The notes: generated by a model not told the origin, from the letters alone. DNA of 64,000 nucleotides from Podarcis gaigeae (GCA_964106915.2 OZ066914.1), one strand, 5' to 3'. Positions 25,873 through 40,200 are shown, counted from the stretch's first letter. Program-made: numbers and translations.

Positions 25873-25963
25873 ATTAAAAATTTCACAAAATACAGTAGAC
25901 AGTAATAAACTGATTGTGTGACTTGCACAGGTCCCTCTCCCTCCCTCCCCATCTGGTAATAAA
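25873..25963 (+). terminator. Candidate SLC19A1 polyadenylation signals (ATTAAA 25873, AATAAA 25904, AATAAA 25958)
   Basis: First canonical + strand hexamers after the SLC19A1 stop. Confidence 0.5.
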
Positions 25964-28054
25964 ATTTCAGAAAGACAATCAATGACAGCTAGGTAGAAAT
26001 TTAGCACCTTGGTATGTCAAAACAGACTCAAACGCTCAGACATTAATGTGTTTAAAACAGAACTGATACACAGCAATCATCTGCCTGGCCAAGACTTCTG
26101 GCACTGAAGTGGAAGGGCTGTGATGGAGGGAGAGGTACCAGAAGCTCAGTCACAGTTAAGACCATAGCCTGGCTTTCTTCACTCTGCATTCAGCGCTAAA
26201 ATGGCAAAATACTGCTTGCCTACCTGTGCTTGGGTGACACACACTAACAGACAGTGACTGGTGTGAACTCTAGTCCTTCCCCCTCGAAAATGTCAGCACA
26301 GTGCCATTCTGCTCTGATGCGGCAGAAGAAATGCTGCAAAATACAGCTATTAGAAATGGCTTGGTTCTGGTGGTTCCTGCCACAGTGTATTGGGGACAGG
26401 GGAGAGAAAGGAAAGGGGTCAATACTGGACAGAGATGGTTCTTAATTGCCTAAATTTTGTATTATCTCTTTATTTTGGAGCAGTTGCTAATAACAGATTC
26501 CAGATCTGAGATATTTAGGAGAACATTCCTGGCTGGAGGATTATAAATCTGATCACCTGCTACAAACACAGCTCGCTATAGGTCCACCTGTTCTTCAGGG
26601 TCTCAGGTAGGACACTTTCACCTCACCTGTTATTTACAGTGGAGGTGCCAGGACTTGAACCTGGGTCCTTCTGCATGCAAAGCATAGTTCTGCACCACTG
26701 GGCTTTGGTCACACTTCTTCTGATAGGTTAAAGCAATAGAGGGTTCTGGGAGCTAGCATGACCCTCAAGGCTTCAGCCAGGAGGGCCCTGCCACTTTTGC
26801 ACTGACTGTTTTCTTTGAATATGGCTAGTAGAGGCATCCTCTATGGAGAATGGAAGGGCAAGTAGAGTATAAAAATGTAAAAAAACAAACAAACCACAAA
26901 TCCAAATACTGATTGTTACAACAGCAAGCAGTTTCTTCTTCCATTATGGCCTGTAAGGAGACTGGCTGAGGCAAAAGTCACTTAGGAGGCTGTTAACACC
27001 TCTAGTTCTCTTTTAGAGCTAGACAATGTGAAAGGGCTGGGTGGGGGAAGAAGCAAAGGAGAGAACTCTGCCATAGCAAGGCTTGAAGGTTCAGTCTCAC
27101 TGCTCTGGGCATGTTGTCTTAGCAAAGGATACTGTCAACTCTGCAGCAAAAATTGCAACCAGCTATGAAGAGTGTTGTTTGCATCTATGTTTGGAAATAA
27201 TAAGGCATTATGCCGGCTGGTGAGTCAAGCAGAGATAAGGGAGTGTATTTTCTGCAAGCCCATATATTACTCTCGGGGGAGGGGGGGCAGACAATCAAAT
27301 TCCTGGTCTCTTTGGCAGGATTCCCCCCCCTCCCACCAATACTATGCTGGGCACACAACAGAAAAGCCACCTCAGTGTTTCCAGAAATCTTAATTTTGAT
27401 GATTATGCACTGTCCAGCAGGGTCTAAGCTTGTGTTATTTAGCACCATGTCCCCACTATAAGGCAGGCAGTGCCAAGTTATCGGGTTGTGTAATGCAGAA
27501 ACACCTGCAGCGCTACACTGACAGTAAGGGGGACGCTGCTGTTTGAGGGCTACCTTATGTTGAATCAGCCACAATAAATAGACTTTCTGACCTATCCCAA
27601 CATGGCCTTGGCTTTTTTAAGGGGCCACCTGAGTGGAATGGGGGGAGAGAGGCAAACAGGGAAGCTTAACACACACAAACAATTCAAGGGTTAAACATGA
27701 GCAGGATTAGAGAGAGAAAGAGAGTTAACTGCTCCATGTACCACACTTGCCTGGAGATTGCCTTGCACACAAGCCTGTTCTGCTCCAGCCCCTCCAGCAG
27801 GCAGGTATGATTCACAGCAGCCACGCCAGGAGGAAAGACACAAAACATTCAGCACGAGAGCTGCGCTGGAAGACACTCTTTGGCTTTGTCACTCATTCAT
27901 CTGCTTGACTGATATATTGCGGAACTGCTTGGGCACATGATCCTGGGGGGGGGGGAGTGGGAACCGCTGGTGCCCATTTCCCCTGTTCCTTAAGGGAAAA
28001 CATTTGGGTTCCCTTCCTCCACTTGCAGCCAGTGCTTTTGTTGTGTGCCGTTTT

Positions 28055-28268
28055 TTATTTCTTGGAAGAAGTCATGAAGCTGTTTTCAATGCAGAGGACG
28101 ATGAAGGCGTTCTTGCAGCTGCTGCTCTTCTGCTCGAGCAGCTTGCCCGAAGCCAGCGAGGAAGCCTGCCCTGTCACCACCGTGTCGTCTGTCCGCCAGG
28201 TCTCACAGTAGCTCTCTGTTAGCCGCCGTCCCTTGGAGTCAGAGCCGTGCCACACGGATTTCTGAGGC
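28055..28268 (-). CDS. COL18A1: COL18A1 last coding exon ([10 protein letters not shown]...MTSSKK*)
   Basis: [17 protein letters not shown]; TAA at 28057-28055. Confidence 0.98.
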
Positions 28269-31200
28269 CTGAAACACACCAGAGTGTTAGGGGTTGTTTC
28301 ACACGTAAGTGGCTGCAGGCGCCCCAGCAATCACGGCTCCCCTTGGGCTGATGCTTCATGGGCTCTATACAGTGTTGACTCTCAAAGCCACACATTCTTG
28401 CCACATAAAGTGGGGGCAGTTGGTCTGGGCAGCATCTTGTAGGAATGAACTGCTGCTAGCCTTGGGATAAGATACCTGGGACACTTACTCCACTTCTTGA
28501 CCTTAGACAGTCTTTTGGGAAGGAAAATAATGCTACACGCGACTATTATACTGCTGGGGCAACATAAAATGCTTGGCGTAGCCGACCCTCTTGGCTTCTA
28601 AACATTTCGTTCCTGAAAACCTGCCCCCAAGAGAAGCATCACATGGGCTGGAAAAAGAATACAAGATAGCAAACACATTCCTCCTCTCTTTGCCTGCTCT
28701 TTATAAACAAAGGAATCTTCTTTGATGCCCTTGGAGTTGCAGAGCCAGAGAGGCCAGCCCCAGCTGGAGGGGCAGCAAACCTGCAACCGTCGCACATTCC
28801 CAGATCTTCAGACAAACAAAACCATTTCCCCCACCTACCATGCAGAGTCTCTCAGGACATCCCTTCCGTCAAAGGAGAAGATGCGAACCCCAGTTCTGAA
28901 TGGAGCATCAGTGCCGGAGAAAAGGTTCTCCCAGTTATTAAACAACAATTCATCCTGGAAAGGAACAGAAACGGGCAATGTAATAATGTAACTGCTCTGA
29001 GAATACTTTCTGCCTGTCTGATAACTTTGAGACAGGCTGCCCTTTCCATGGACAAGACCTTGGGACCTTGCATGTCCCAGGTTCACTCCCTGGTGCCTAT
29101 GGTTTAAAATATCTCAAGCAACTGGTCTGGGAAAGGCCCCTGCCTGAGAACCTGGAAGGACAGCTGCCAGTCTCCCAGTTCAATGCAAGGCAGCTCTTTA
29201 CAGAAGTATTCAAGGTGACGGCTTGGTCTGCATTACAGATCAAGTATTAAAGATAAAGGTATTACCGACATTCTCAAACTTTTCAAAGTTGGTTTAAACC
29301 TTTTTATAAAAAGTAAATAAATATTAGGTGTTGTTAAGAGATGATGATGCTGCCTTGCAGGTTTGCCCCTGACCACTAGTCTTGATGTGTAGTTCTAGCC
29401 TCAATTAACACCACTTAGAGGTTGCAATCCTACACAGGGGCAGGAAAGGAAGACAGCAATCCCATCGCTGAGCTTCATGTTTGCCTTCCGCTGTCACGAA
29501 GCGTTGTGTTTGCTCAGGCCTCTGACCAGACGTACCCTGAGGTTGACAATAGGCACCGTGCCCCTGTCTGCTCTGCGCACTATGCTGTAGAGGTCTTGCA
29601 GTCGGGAAGAGAGGAACGCTCGGAAGGTGCCCGTCAGTCCAACCTCCCTGGCTTGCTGGAAGCACTGGAAGTCGGCTCCTCGGATGCCCCGCATGCTGCC
29701 ACTCAGGGGAGTGTTCAGGGCTATGAGGTGGAGCTGGAAAAGCAAGAAGACGACCACACATGAGCGGGAGCCTGTACCAATACACAAGGGAGCTCTCAGT
29801 GCAACTGGCAGAGGTGCTAAGAATGCAAGGGGGAGGAATGTCCGGCCACCACAATACAAGCAGCCAGTCAGCGACGGGGCTGAGCATGGGGGTCGGGGGT
29901 CTTTGCACCTTGATTGCTGCTGCAGCAGCAGCTTTCTGGGACTCCTAAGAATCATGAGAGGCCAGCCCTGTTATTTCTCTCACTGGAAATCATTCATTGT
30001 TGGGGGGGGGGGACATTTCAGAAGCAGTTTGCCTATTCAATGGTTATGTCCACAAAACAGTCAAATTATAACTAAAATGCAGAGGATATAGTATGTAGTA
30101 ACACCCTCGCCCTCATCAAAGCTATTGCGACATAGCTCTGGGATGCATTCCATCAAATGAGAACTGGATATATGGTACAAATTGTGTGGTGTGGACTAGC
30201 CAGCTTGTCAGCCCCTGTAGTCTCTTCTTCAAAGGCATCCTATACCAAGTTGTAAGCATACGGTGGCCCTATGGAGCAGCCTTCCAGCCTGGGATGGAGT
30301 GGCTTCATTATTGACTGGCTGCCTACATCTGAAGCAAAGGGATGCAGGATGCAGACACCCTCTCTGAGGGGATTGGGCCCTTTGGGCCCTTCAAGCCCTG
30401 AACTCCCACCATTCAGAGGTTTCAATGTTTGATTGGGATTCTTGAAGGGGCCTCTTGCATTCATCCCTACTGCTGGCAAAGAAGCCCATTCAGGCTCCTC
30501 ATTGCTAGTGGCAGACCATCATGCTAAGCTAGGTGGACAACCTGTACAGAGGAACCCTTCACAATGGAAGTCAACAGGCAAGGGACCCTTTGGTGCCAGC
30601 TGCTTTCATGACCCCACTCTCGGTGTCTTTATGTAGGGCCAATTGAGGCAGCCACCCAGGCAAAACTGCAGCAGGGGACTCTGCCAACGTGTGCAGGGCA
30701 CTCACAGCAGGCTGGAAGTCATGGTGGGTGTGGACGGCAGAAGGAGCGGCATCAGGCTGGCGGTTGAGGAAGAAGGCGTTCAGTGGCTCCTGCTGGTGCT
30801 GAGCTCCCTGGTGTGGCTGGTGGATGGCGGGTTGCTCAGGAAGGCGGTGCTGGTTGGCCACACTCTCATCCCCTCTCCAGGGCTTGGCAGTGGAGTAGGC
30901 GCTGTATTCTCGGTGGGAATGCACAGGCAAATGCTGTTGGAAGGGGCGCTGGGATCCAGATGATGAAGCCGTTCCTCCATGGGAGTAGTGGACATTGGGA
31001 GGCCTATCATATACCTCATTGTCCTGCAGCAGAATGAAGGGTAATGTTCCTAGAACCGTTTCTAAGTGTCCTCTTAGGGGGTCCGTCTCACAGAAGAGCA
31101 CAGGTCAAATACAGCCACCCCACCCCACCCCATTTCCTGCCACTCGCAGCACAATCATCTGGCTGCATTACCAGCAGAGCCAAGCATGTACACCACCAGT

Positions 31201-34200
31201 CTGAACAACAGCCAGCTGCATCCCAGTACGGGTGATCCAAAATCCTTAGTAGCCCACTGTGGACCTGATCATTCAAGTCACACTCCCCCTGCATGACATG
31301 CCTCATTTGGATTTTCCCTGATCTATACCCAAGTGCACCATATAGGTCACCATGTATTGAAATCCAAGCACTAAAGAACATTAAAAAGATTTATAATCCC
31401 TGGATCTCAAAACTCCTAGCAAGCTTGGAATGACCCACAACAGACCCACCAGGTAATAATGTTTCACTTACCAGCCCAGGGCCAGAGATTGATATTCTTT
31501 CCTCAAGCTGAAATTAAATCAGAACAAGTCATTATACCATTTATATGATGTGTTTTGCTTGCTTTGTAACACTTATAAGAACCCTAGGTTGGTGTTATTA
31601 TCTCCAAATTGCATGTCTGAAGTCTTGCCTAAGACCACTCAGTGAATTCATGGTTGAGGAAATACTTCATCTAGGGAATTCCCAGCTCACAGTTCACTCT
31701 ATACCACCAGCACCCTATTACTATTATTCTTTAGGATGAGTTTTGCTATTTTTGAATGCATATTCGGTTTTGGAGGGAAAGGGAACATTTGCCAGAATGA
31801 AATAAAGCTGTAGTTGTTGCAACCTGAAACTTATCCAGGAATTCATTTGGTAAGGAGGAAACAATGTCTATGGATCCCATATCAGATTGTTTCAAGTAAG
31901 CTTCTTCCAAATCAAGCCAGAGGAAGCTCATTCATCGCTACAAGGGAGCGTTTCTTCCTGGCATTGCATTCTCTCTGTGTGTATAAATTAGCAGTGGGTT
32001 CTGCATTGCTCTGAGCGTCTGCCAATACCCCACAGAGAAAGACCGCTCTCCAAGGTAGTAGTCCACCTACAGTCTTACCCCAAGACTGCTGTGTTCACAC
32101 ACATCATACTCACAAGGACTCTCCTGAAACCACTGCGGACACGGATGTAGAGCTCTTCTCTGTCCCGGATGAAAAGGAGCTGTCCTTCTGGCACCTCATG
32201 CGCTCTGCCCATCATGCTCTGATAGGTTGGCAAGATTCGCAGCTGCCAGAAAACATCATTTGAAAAAGGAACAACGAAAAGGGCACAGCCATTCATCAGT
32301 CTGAAGTACAAGGTGGTGGCTCACCATTAATACAATTTATATTTGGTGCCTTTGTAAACTGCGGGCATATTGATGATAGCCCTTGCTTTAATCACACAGG
32401 GTTCTTCATCAAATAGAGAGTACCTGAGTTATAATAGGTCATAGTTACAGTCAGATTCACAAGCCAGATGCCAGAAGCCAATGACAAACTTCATGGTCAT
32501 CACTCTTACAGTGTTATCATGTCTATTACAACAAATATTTGTTGTAATTCCCAGAAATTGGAGTGGCGTTCCTTTCAATTAGCACCCTAGAACTTTCCAG
32601 AACTAGCAACAGCTGTTCCTATTTGCAGGGCTAGCAGCAGCTGCTGCTGCTGCTCCTATTGGACAATAAATGGTTGTCCGTGTTCATAGATGGAGCATCA
32701 TCAATCACTCTGGCAGCGGCAATCTCTAGCCAATTTGTTAAATCCTTGCTTGAGCAAAACCCATCAGGGCCACCCATAGGAAGGCAACTTGCTCCAGCCC
32801 CACGAAAGGAACACCACTGTGTAGGCTGCAGTGCCTCTTTTTCTTACCCCAGAAGATGATGTATCACTGGTGCCTGGAATTCCCGGTGGTCCTGGTGGCC
32901 CCGGTGGCCCAGGAATACTGATCGCTGGAAAGGAAACGAATCCAGAGCTAAACCAGGTATATTTGCACAAAGCTTGTTTTTAAGGCCTAAAGCAGGGCCA
33001 TTTGCAATGAGTAGCTGGGAAAGGATTAGGTATCTACTCACATTGCCTATGGGGTCCTGGAAAGGAAGGGGGTCCTGGAGGGCCAGGTGGACCCGGGGGT
33101 CCTGGGGTCCCTGGGCGCCCCTCAAATCCTGCACCAGGGGGCCCTTGGGGGCCAGGAGGACCAGGAGCCCCTCTAATACTGTCCCCTTTGGGGCCCTGAA
33201 GAAGCAAATGACATACATGTATATTAGAAACACTGAAGTTTTACTCAATGGCAGAAACATCCACCTGCCGGTACTGATCCGCCTAAGCAATTAATTACAT
33301 TCATAACCAAATGCATAGTTCTAATCCTTCCTCCCCCTTTCTCCTTCCATTGCCCCACACAAACACATTCCTCTTCCAGCTTCCTAGGCCCCGTGGCACA
33401 TGGAGCAAAGGAAATGTCAGAGTTTAGCTCCATGCCCCAAGGTAAATTAACCAAAGCTCTAACAACCAGTAACCCTTCCACTCCAGGTGCCCACCCCACA
33501 ACTTGCCTCCTCTCTCACTTCCCTTGTTCTCCCACCTGCTACTACAGTCTCTCTCCACTGCTTCTGCCACTCTGGGCAAAACAGCATTTGTTACGGTGGA
33601 CAGCCTCATGGGATAAGAGAAGGCTATTCACAAAGCAAGGCCTCTCCCCCCCACCATCAGGATGATGTAAAACAAAATCTGCCACCTGTGGCAGCTACTC
33701 TACTCTGCCTATTGGCAGGGACTGCAATGCACTTGAGAACTTCTGCACTTTGGAGATTGGGTGCTTATCTTTCTCTGCCCAAATCCCCTACTAAAGGTGC
33801 CACTTGCACACTCCGTTTCCCCTGCCTTGGAAAGTATTATAGAATGCAGAAGACTATCCCGTGGTAGAAAGATGTTGGCCACCAACCCTCGTAACAGTGC
33901 AGTGTGGGGTATCTCACCGGAAGACCAGGATATCCTGGGGGGCCTGGGGGTCCAACAGCACTTGATCCAAACAATCCTCCTCCGCCTGGCTCACCCTTTT
34001 CACCTTTCAGCCCTGGGTCCCCTCTGTCCCCTCTTTCTCCCTATGGAAAGATATTAAATAAGCAAATAGACAGTGGTCAAACCAAATGCATTCTCCTATC
34101 TCACCTCCAAGATTAGCACTATTTCCTTCTAGACTTGTTCCTCTGGCTTGTCCACACTTCCCCTTGTGCTGTGCCTAGAAAACGGGTCCAAGAAGTTTTC

Positions 34201-37200
34201 TGCTTGACCCATGCTTTCTAGGCATGAGTCAGAGTGGTCTGTCAAATTAGGGAATATCTGAGTAAAATAGGTTCATTGGGCAGACCTCTCTCTCCTACAT
34301 CTTGCACCCTGCACCAATACACCAGCTGAACTTCAGTTGTTCAGCCACAGTAATGACAGGTGAAGATACCTCCTAGCTGAAGCTTCAGCAATATTCAGGG
34401 GCAACTAATGTGAAAACCATCCAAACTGATAAAGAGGAAGAGAGAGAGGAAAAAATACAATCATTCAAATTATCTTAGATAAAATAACTGGTTTTAAGTT
34501 GTATTATGCTGGTTGTGGCGATGATGACGGCTGGTTATAAAGCTTTATGTTTTTGTATTGTACGATGGTCTTCGTAATTTGTTTGCTGTCCTTCAATTTT
34601 TTATTTTAAACACCGAAAGCCACCTTACAAGGGTAGTTACCTAAAAAGGCAGCTTGTAAAGTTTAGAAGCAAATAGTAAATCAAACAAAAAGGCTTTTTG
34701 CCTATCCTTGTGACCCTGACCTCATTAAATGCAAAGCGGCACAAACCTGTTTGCCATCCTAGTGTGTCCTCCCCCAGCAAAACCCCTTAAGCTTCTTTTT
34801 AAATCTGTATATTCCTCCCAAATGGCAGACACTTACCCTGAAGGTGGAGCCAAATCTGCTGAGGTCATAAGGGAACTGGCCTTGTGACAAAGGGAGAAGA
34901 AAGGGAGAAGAATGAGAAGTTCGTAAGGGCAAAGAAACCAACTCTGTTCACTGTGGGGCTTCTTTCCATTGTGATCTTTGGATCTTTCTCTTATGATGGG
35001 CCTTCATGGCACAACTCAGCCATTTATGACTGTATGGAAAGGGCTTTTGTTTTTCACTGGGTGAAAAATTTGGAAGCAACACTCATGTAAAATGCATTAT
35101 TTTAGCTTGTATTAATTAGCCTTGTACTTGTACCGATAAGGCTTGCACTGTGCGTAACTTTTACAGATTTTTCTCCAGGAGGATACAGACTAGCTCAGCT
35201 AGGCTTTGGCTTCATGCACAACGAAAAGGAGGGGCCATAGCTCAGAGGTACGTCTGTTGCCTGCTTTGCACATAGGTTTGATCTCTGGCTTCTATGCTTA
35301 AGGTAGTGAAGGTGCCACCGGTGCATGTAACTTGACTAGATGTAAAGGTAAAGGTAAAGGTAAAGGTACCCCTGCCCGTACGGGCCAGTCTTGACAGACT
35401 CTGGGGTTGTGCACCCATCTCACTTAAGAGGCCAGGGGCCAGCGCTGTCCGGAGACACTTCTGGGTCACGTGGCCAGCGTGACAAAGCTGCATCTGGCGA
35501 GCCAGAGCTGCACACGGAAACGCCGTTTACCTTCCCGCTGGTAAGCGGTCCCTATTTATCTACTTGCACCCGGAGGTGCTTTCGAACTGCTAGGTTGGCA
35601 GGCGCTGGGACCGAGCAGCGGGAGCGCACCCCGCCGCAGGGATTCGAACCGCCGACCTTTCGATCGGCAAGTCCTAGGCGCTGAGGCTTTAACCCACAGC
35701 GCCACCTGCGTCCAACTTGACTAGATGACACCAGGTTTATTCCAGCCCTGCAGGTCTTAGATTTTGTAGAGTACTCCGTGGTAAGCAGTGAAAGAACAAG
35801 CCTGTACAAAAGCTGTTGGATACACCTAGCAAGAGACATAAAATAAGGACAATAGGCTAATAGTGACAGAAACCTGCTGCAAAGCAAGAACTTGTGTGGT
35901 GCAGCCGCCTCAGAACAACACACCTAAACCACAGCATGCTCCAGGTCTAAGGCAGGAGCAGGGAGGTTAATTGGAGGTGTGCAATGCTTAGATACGAGTT
36001 GAGTGCCACACGGCTCAAGCACATGAGCCAAGTCACAAGAGGCTTCCATGACTGCCACTAGCTCATGAATCCATGATAGCTCTTGGTAAGTGTTGGTTAA
36101 AAGGTGGAAGTTAAATGCAAGTAGCAACACTGCAGGAAATCTTACCTGGGGGCCCAGGAGGACCCACATCACCTTTTTCTCCCTTCGGACCAGCAGAACC
36201 ATGGTAGCCTGAAACAAAGTCCTGGCATAAGGCTAGACAATCCCCAAGAGCCAATGAGAAGGCACTGCACATCCATAGGCCAAAACTCATCAGATGGGAT
36301 GATTTGCAAACACCCCACCCAGCCAAGTATCATGATAAGGGTGAAAACAGCTGTGTTCCCACCAGTGCTCTACACCATTTTTTTTTTCTCTAGCGGCATT
36401 GCTACTGCCACCATATTGGTTCAGGGGGCTGGTGTGCAACCAGGAAAGGTTTGGTGGGCTGGATCAGGCTGGCAGGCCAGCAGGTCCCAATGCCTACTTG
36501 TGCAAAGACTGGCATTAATATGGGAAGTCTTTAATGGTGACCCATAGAGCACCATGGAAAGGAAATTATGAATCCACCCTTTCCTGCTTCTATAGAGGGA
36601 TTCACCCCAGGAATCTGATGGGGAAAGCCGATCTTTGTCATCCAACCCCATGCTTTAACCGCTTCTGCAACATCCTTACCAGGCAATCCTGGAGGCCCCG
36701 GTGGTCCCACTTCACCAAATGCCTGAAGTTGCAAAATAAATAAAATAAATCCCCCCATTAAATACATTATTACCCAATCATTGTATAACTAACAAGACAT
36801 TCAGTTTCTGGCATTTACACGTGTTTCCCCCCAGCAAGGAAAATGCACTTGGGCCATTACTCACATTGTTGTCATAAATAGGCACTATGCTGCCCGGAGG
36901 ACCTGGGGGGCCAGGAGGGCCAGGGAGCCCTGGAGGACCCTAGAGAGAGGAAGAGAAAAACAGACACCCCATTAATTATGTGGGGAACTGACTAAGAACA
37001 GATGGAATAGAACAGGACACTAGCCAATATTCACTCAACAGTGACAATTCTGCAACCACCCTGTGTCTTTGTGGGTGGTGGGTGCTGCTCCTGGTTTTAA
37101 CTGGAACACAAGATTGCGCAATGTGGCATTGCTTCTACTTCCAGGACTTGCGGTCAACTCAAAAGGTGGAAGACAGGAAGATGACACAGCTGGTGGAATG

Positions 37201-40200
37201 CATCCTGCACTCTGTTCCACCTCCTTATCATGCATGTCATCGGCATTTACAAAAACAAACAAAGTTTGTGTTTCTTTCCACCACCCACAGACAATACTTC
37301 CCCAAATCCCAGACTCCAGGACTCCAGGTTTCAAATATTTCATTATTCTGTCTGCAACAGCAGAGGAAATCAGAGTGTTCACACACAATATACTTGACAA
37401 AATTGTTCTTGCAGTGCATGGACCAGCATTAACATTGCTTTACTAGAGTCCATACGGTGGGTGGTTATGGCACTCTAGGATTGGTGCACGAGAGCCCAGG
37501 GGTCTGGCAACAGCACAGAATTAGGCCTATGATTTTGCTTGCCTCCCCAATGCTGTGCTGTGCTGCTGCCTGCTCCCTGGTTCTAAGTAGACCAGAAACA
37601 AAATCACTCCAAGGCAAAGGGGATGCAGCACACATGAGAAATAGTGCTCTCACAAAAATGCTTGGCCACTGCTGCATTTGGATACTTGCAGCCACACTAG
37701 GACAAGAGCAAGGTCGTTTTCAGATGCCCCTTGGGGAGGCCTGAGACCTTTTTCTTCTCTCATAACAGAGTCTGATGATGCTCGTGCTCGGGGTTACAGT
37801 GGGATACAAAGGCCATCAAAGCTAGCAGCACTGCATGCCAGCCTTCAGCATAAACTGCACCATGCAGAGAGATGTGTCAGTTTTCCACTTACCCTTAAGC
37901 CCAGCCCTCCACTTGCGTCTGCTGGGTCACCTTTTTCTCCTTTCAACCCGTTCATACCAGGTCGGCCCTGCAAAGGACAAAAAGCCACTGCTGAGTCAGC
38001 TTAATGGACCCTTGTAATGACACAGCACTAATGAGGATCCAAAGCACAAAGAAAGATACAAACATCACCTTTTGTGCTCCCATTGGGTGAAGTGAAAGGG
38101 CTAAGAGAGAAGAATCTCACAATTTCTCTATGGGGAGCTCCTACGTACTACTACTGAAACTAAATGCCTCAAGAGTAGGTAAAACTATGTTGCGGTTCTG
38201 TCTCAAATAGATGATTTAACTCTGCAGGCCAGAGCTGTTGATATGAGGTTAGAATTAAAGGGAACAAACAGCAGGTGAAACCCTTGGTACTTTCATAGGT
38301 CCCTGAAGGAAGCTCATGGCATATTTTGCTGGTGTCACATGACAAACCTCTTTCCTTTCTTAGCACTGTCACACACCAGCAACAGAGACACTAACCAAGC
38401 CAGAGCCACTCTGTTGAAAGAGGGGCTAGTAGGACCAGGAGAAGGGCAGTTTCATCCTGACTGGAGAAAGACAACCCTGAAGAAAGGAATGCAGGGACAA
38501 ACCTTGTGTTGGTAGAAGCAGCATGGCCAGGATCTCACAGCAGAACGTGAGACAGAGGATGGTCCTGTTGTATCTAAATGTACTCAAGAGCCTCCATGCT
38601 TATGGCAGGAGGGAGTGCCAGCTGAGGGGACCTAGAAGCATAATTCCACTTCCAGATGCATTCAGAGCCACTGAGTGTTTGTTATGGCACTTGCATCCTT
38701 TTACCTAGGATACCCTTTTGTTAATGGTTCAGTCTGGAGTGAATTAATGCCAGAGTCTGATTTCTGCAGCTTCCCTTGGAATTTCTATCTAGCAGAGAGG
38801 TAACAGTGACTATTCTAGAGGTGGATGAATTTACTCCTCTTCCCCCATTCCGTTTCTAATAAGGGAATGTACACTTGAAGACAATCTAAAAATCAAAATT
38901 CTTACAGGTCTTCCAGGAAAGCCGATTTCTCCTTTCTGTCCATGCCGCCCAGGTGGCCCCTAGAAGAAGAACAGCGAGAAAAGGCAGGCTTAGAAAGATG
39001 GCAAGAGATTGTAAATGTGAGTTCCTGCAATATCTGTGATGTAATAGCATCTGCTACAGGATTTATAATTCCAAATGGAAGGAGAAGACAAGGAAATCAT
39101 CATTCCCTCCAACAGCAAACTCAGGGAAGTGAATGCTGACAAAATATATACACCAGAGGGGAGAGGGATACCCTGATTACACTCCTTATGGCTTACAGAA
39201 ACTTGGGGAAGGGCAGGCAGAAACCTGAACAGAAGGACTCCTACTAGGAGGTGAAAACACACTGCAATATTTGGCTGCAGACTCGACTTTCCTAAGTAAT
39301 CACACTTAGATAAATAGGAGCTACACAAAAGCTCTACTAGCAATACCACACACAACAATAACAACAGAAAGGATAATTTAATTCTATCATTTGTGCTTAA
39401 TGGATGTTTAGATCTATGTAAATTCCTTGCATATAAGCAAAGATACCCTTTGTAACTTACTGTTGGTCCTACAGGTCCTCGCAGGCCTGGTTCACCCTGA
39501 CAATGAAAGCAGAGGCAATTAGACCCTCCAGACAAGCTCCTTACACTCATCCTGATTTGCTTGCGCAGTTTACAGCGAGCTTAGATTATCTTCAATCTTT
39601 ATTAAGCATTCATTTCTATTTGTTTGCAGGGTGGATATACAACAACAAACATTCATCCTGCATTCACCCGGTTTTATTGTGGGTTGCTTACATGCCTTTC
39701 CCATAGCTAATTGTTCACTCCACATTTTTCAATGCATTTCCCCATCACTTTCTAAACAGCAAATAAGCCAAATCATTTTTAAAAGTGGATTTCTTCCATG
39801 AGGGCAACAGAGCCCTTTAGTCCACTTGAAATGTGCATACCTAATGTTCTGGAATGCGCTTGAATCCCTCCCGCAAAATAGTGAGAGTCTGGAGATATCC
39901 CACACCACTATAGTACATATATAGTATATATAGTATACATAGTATATATAGTATAGTATATATAGCATATATAGTATATATACTATACTACAAGGGTGAT
40001 GAACCCCCTCTCCCCAGCCCCACTTCGCACCCCAAGTACTTTGCCTGACTGGAGTGCATCCTTGATATCTGCTTCTCTGCATGAAGACTACAGAGGGGTT
40101 TGTGAGTGTGTGTAGAAACTAGCATACTGGACAAAGTTGAAATGTACATTTGCCATTCTGTACACTTTTGCCTCCGGGCTCCATCTGCCACTGACCTTGG

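Noticed and set aside
29405-33294. Antisense and off-frame ORFs over collagen/endostatin exons
   Set aside because: Shadows of GC-rich coding exons
39907-39990. Quasi-palindromic repeat as a possible array or regulatory structure
   Set aside because: Simple degenerate AT microsatellite with no spacers; eukaryotic DNA with no CRISPR features anywhere in the window
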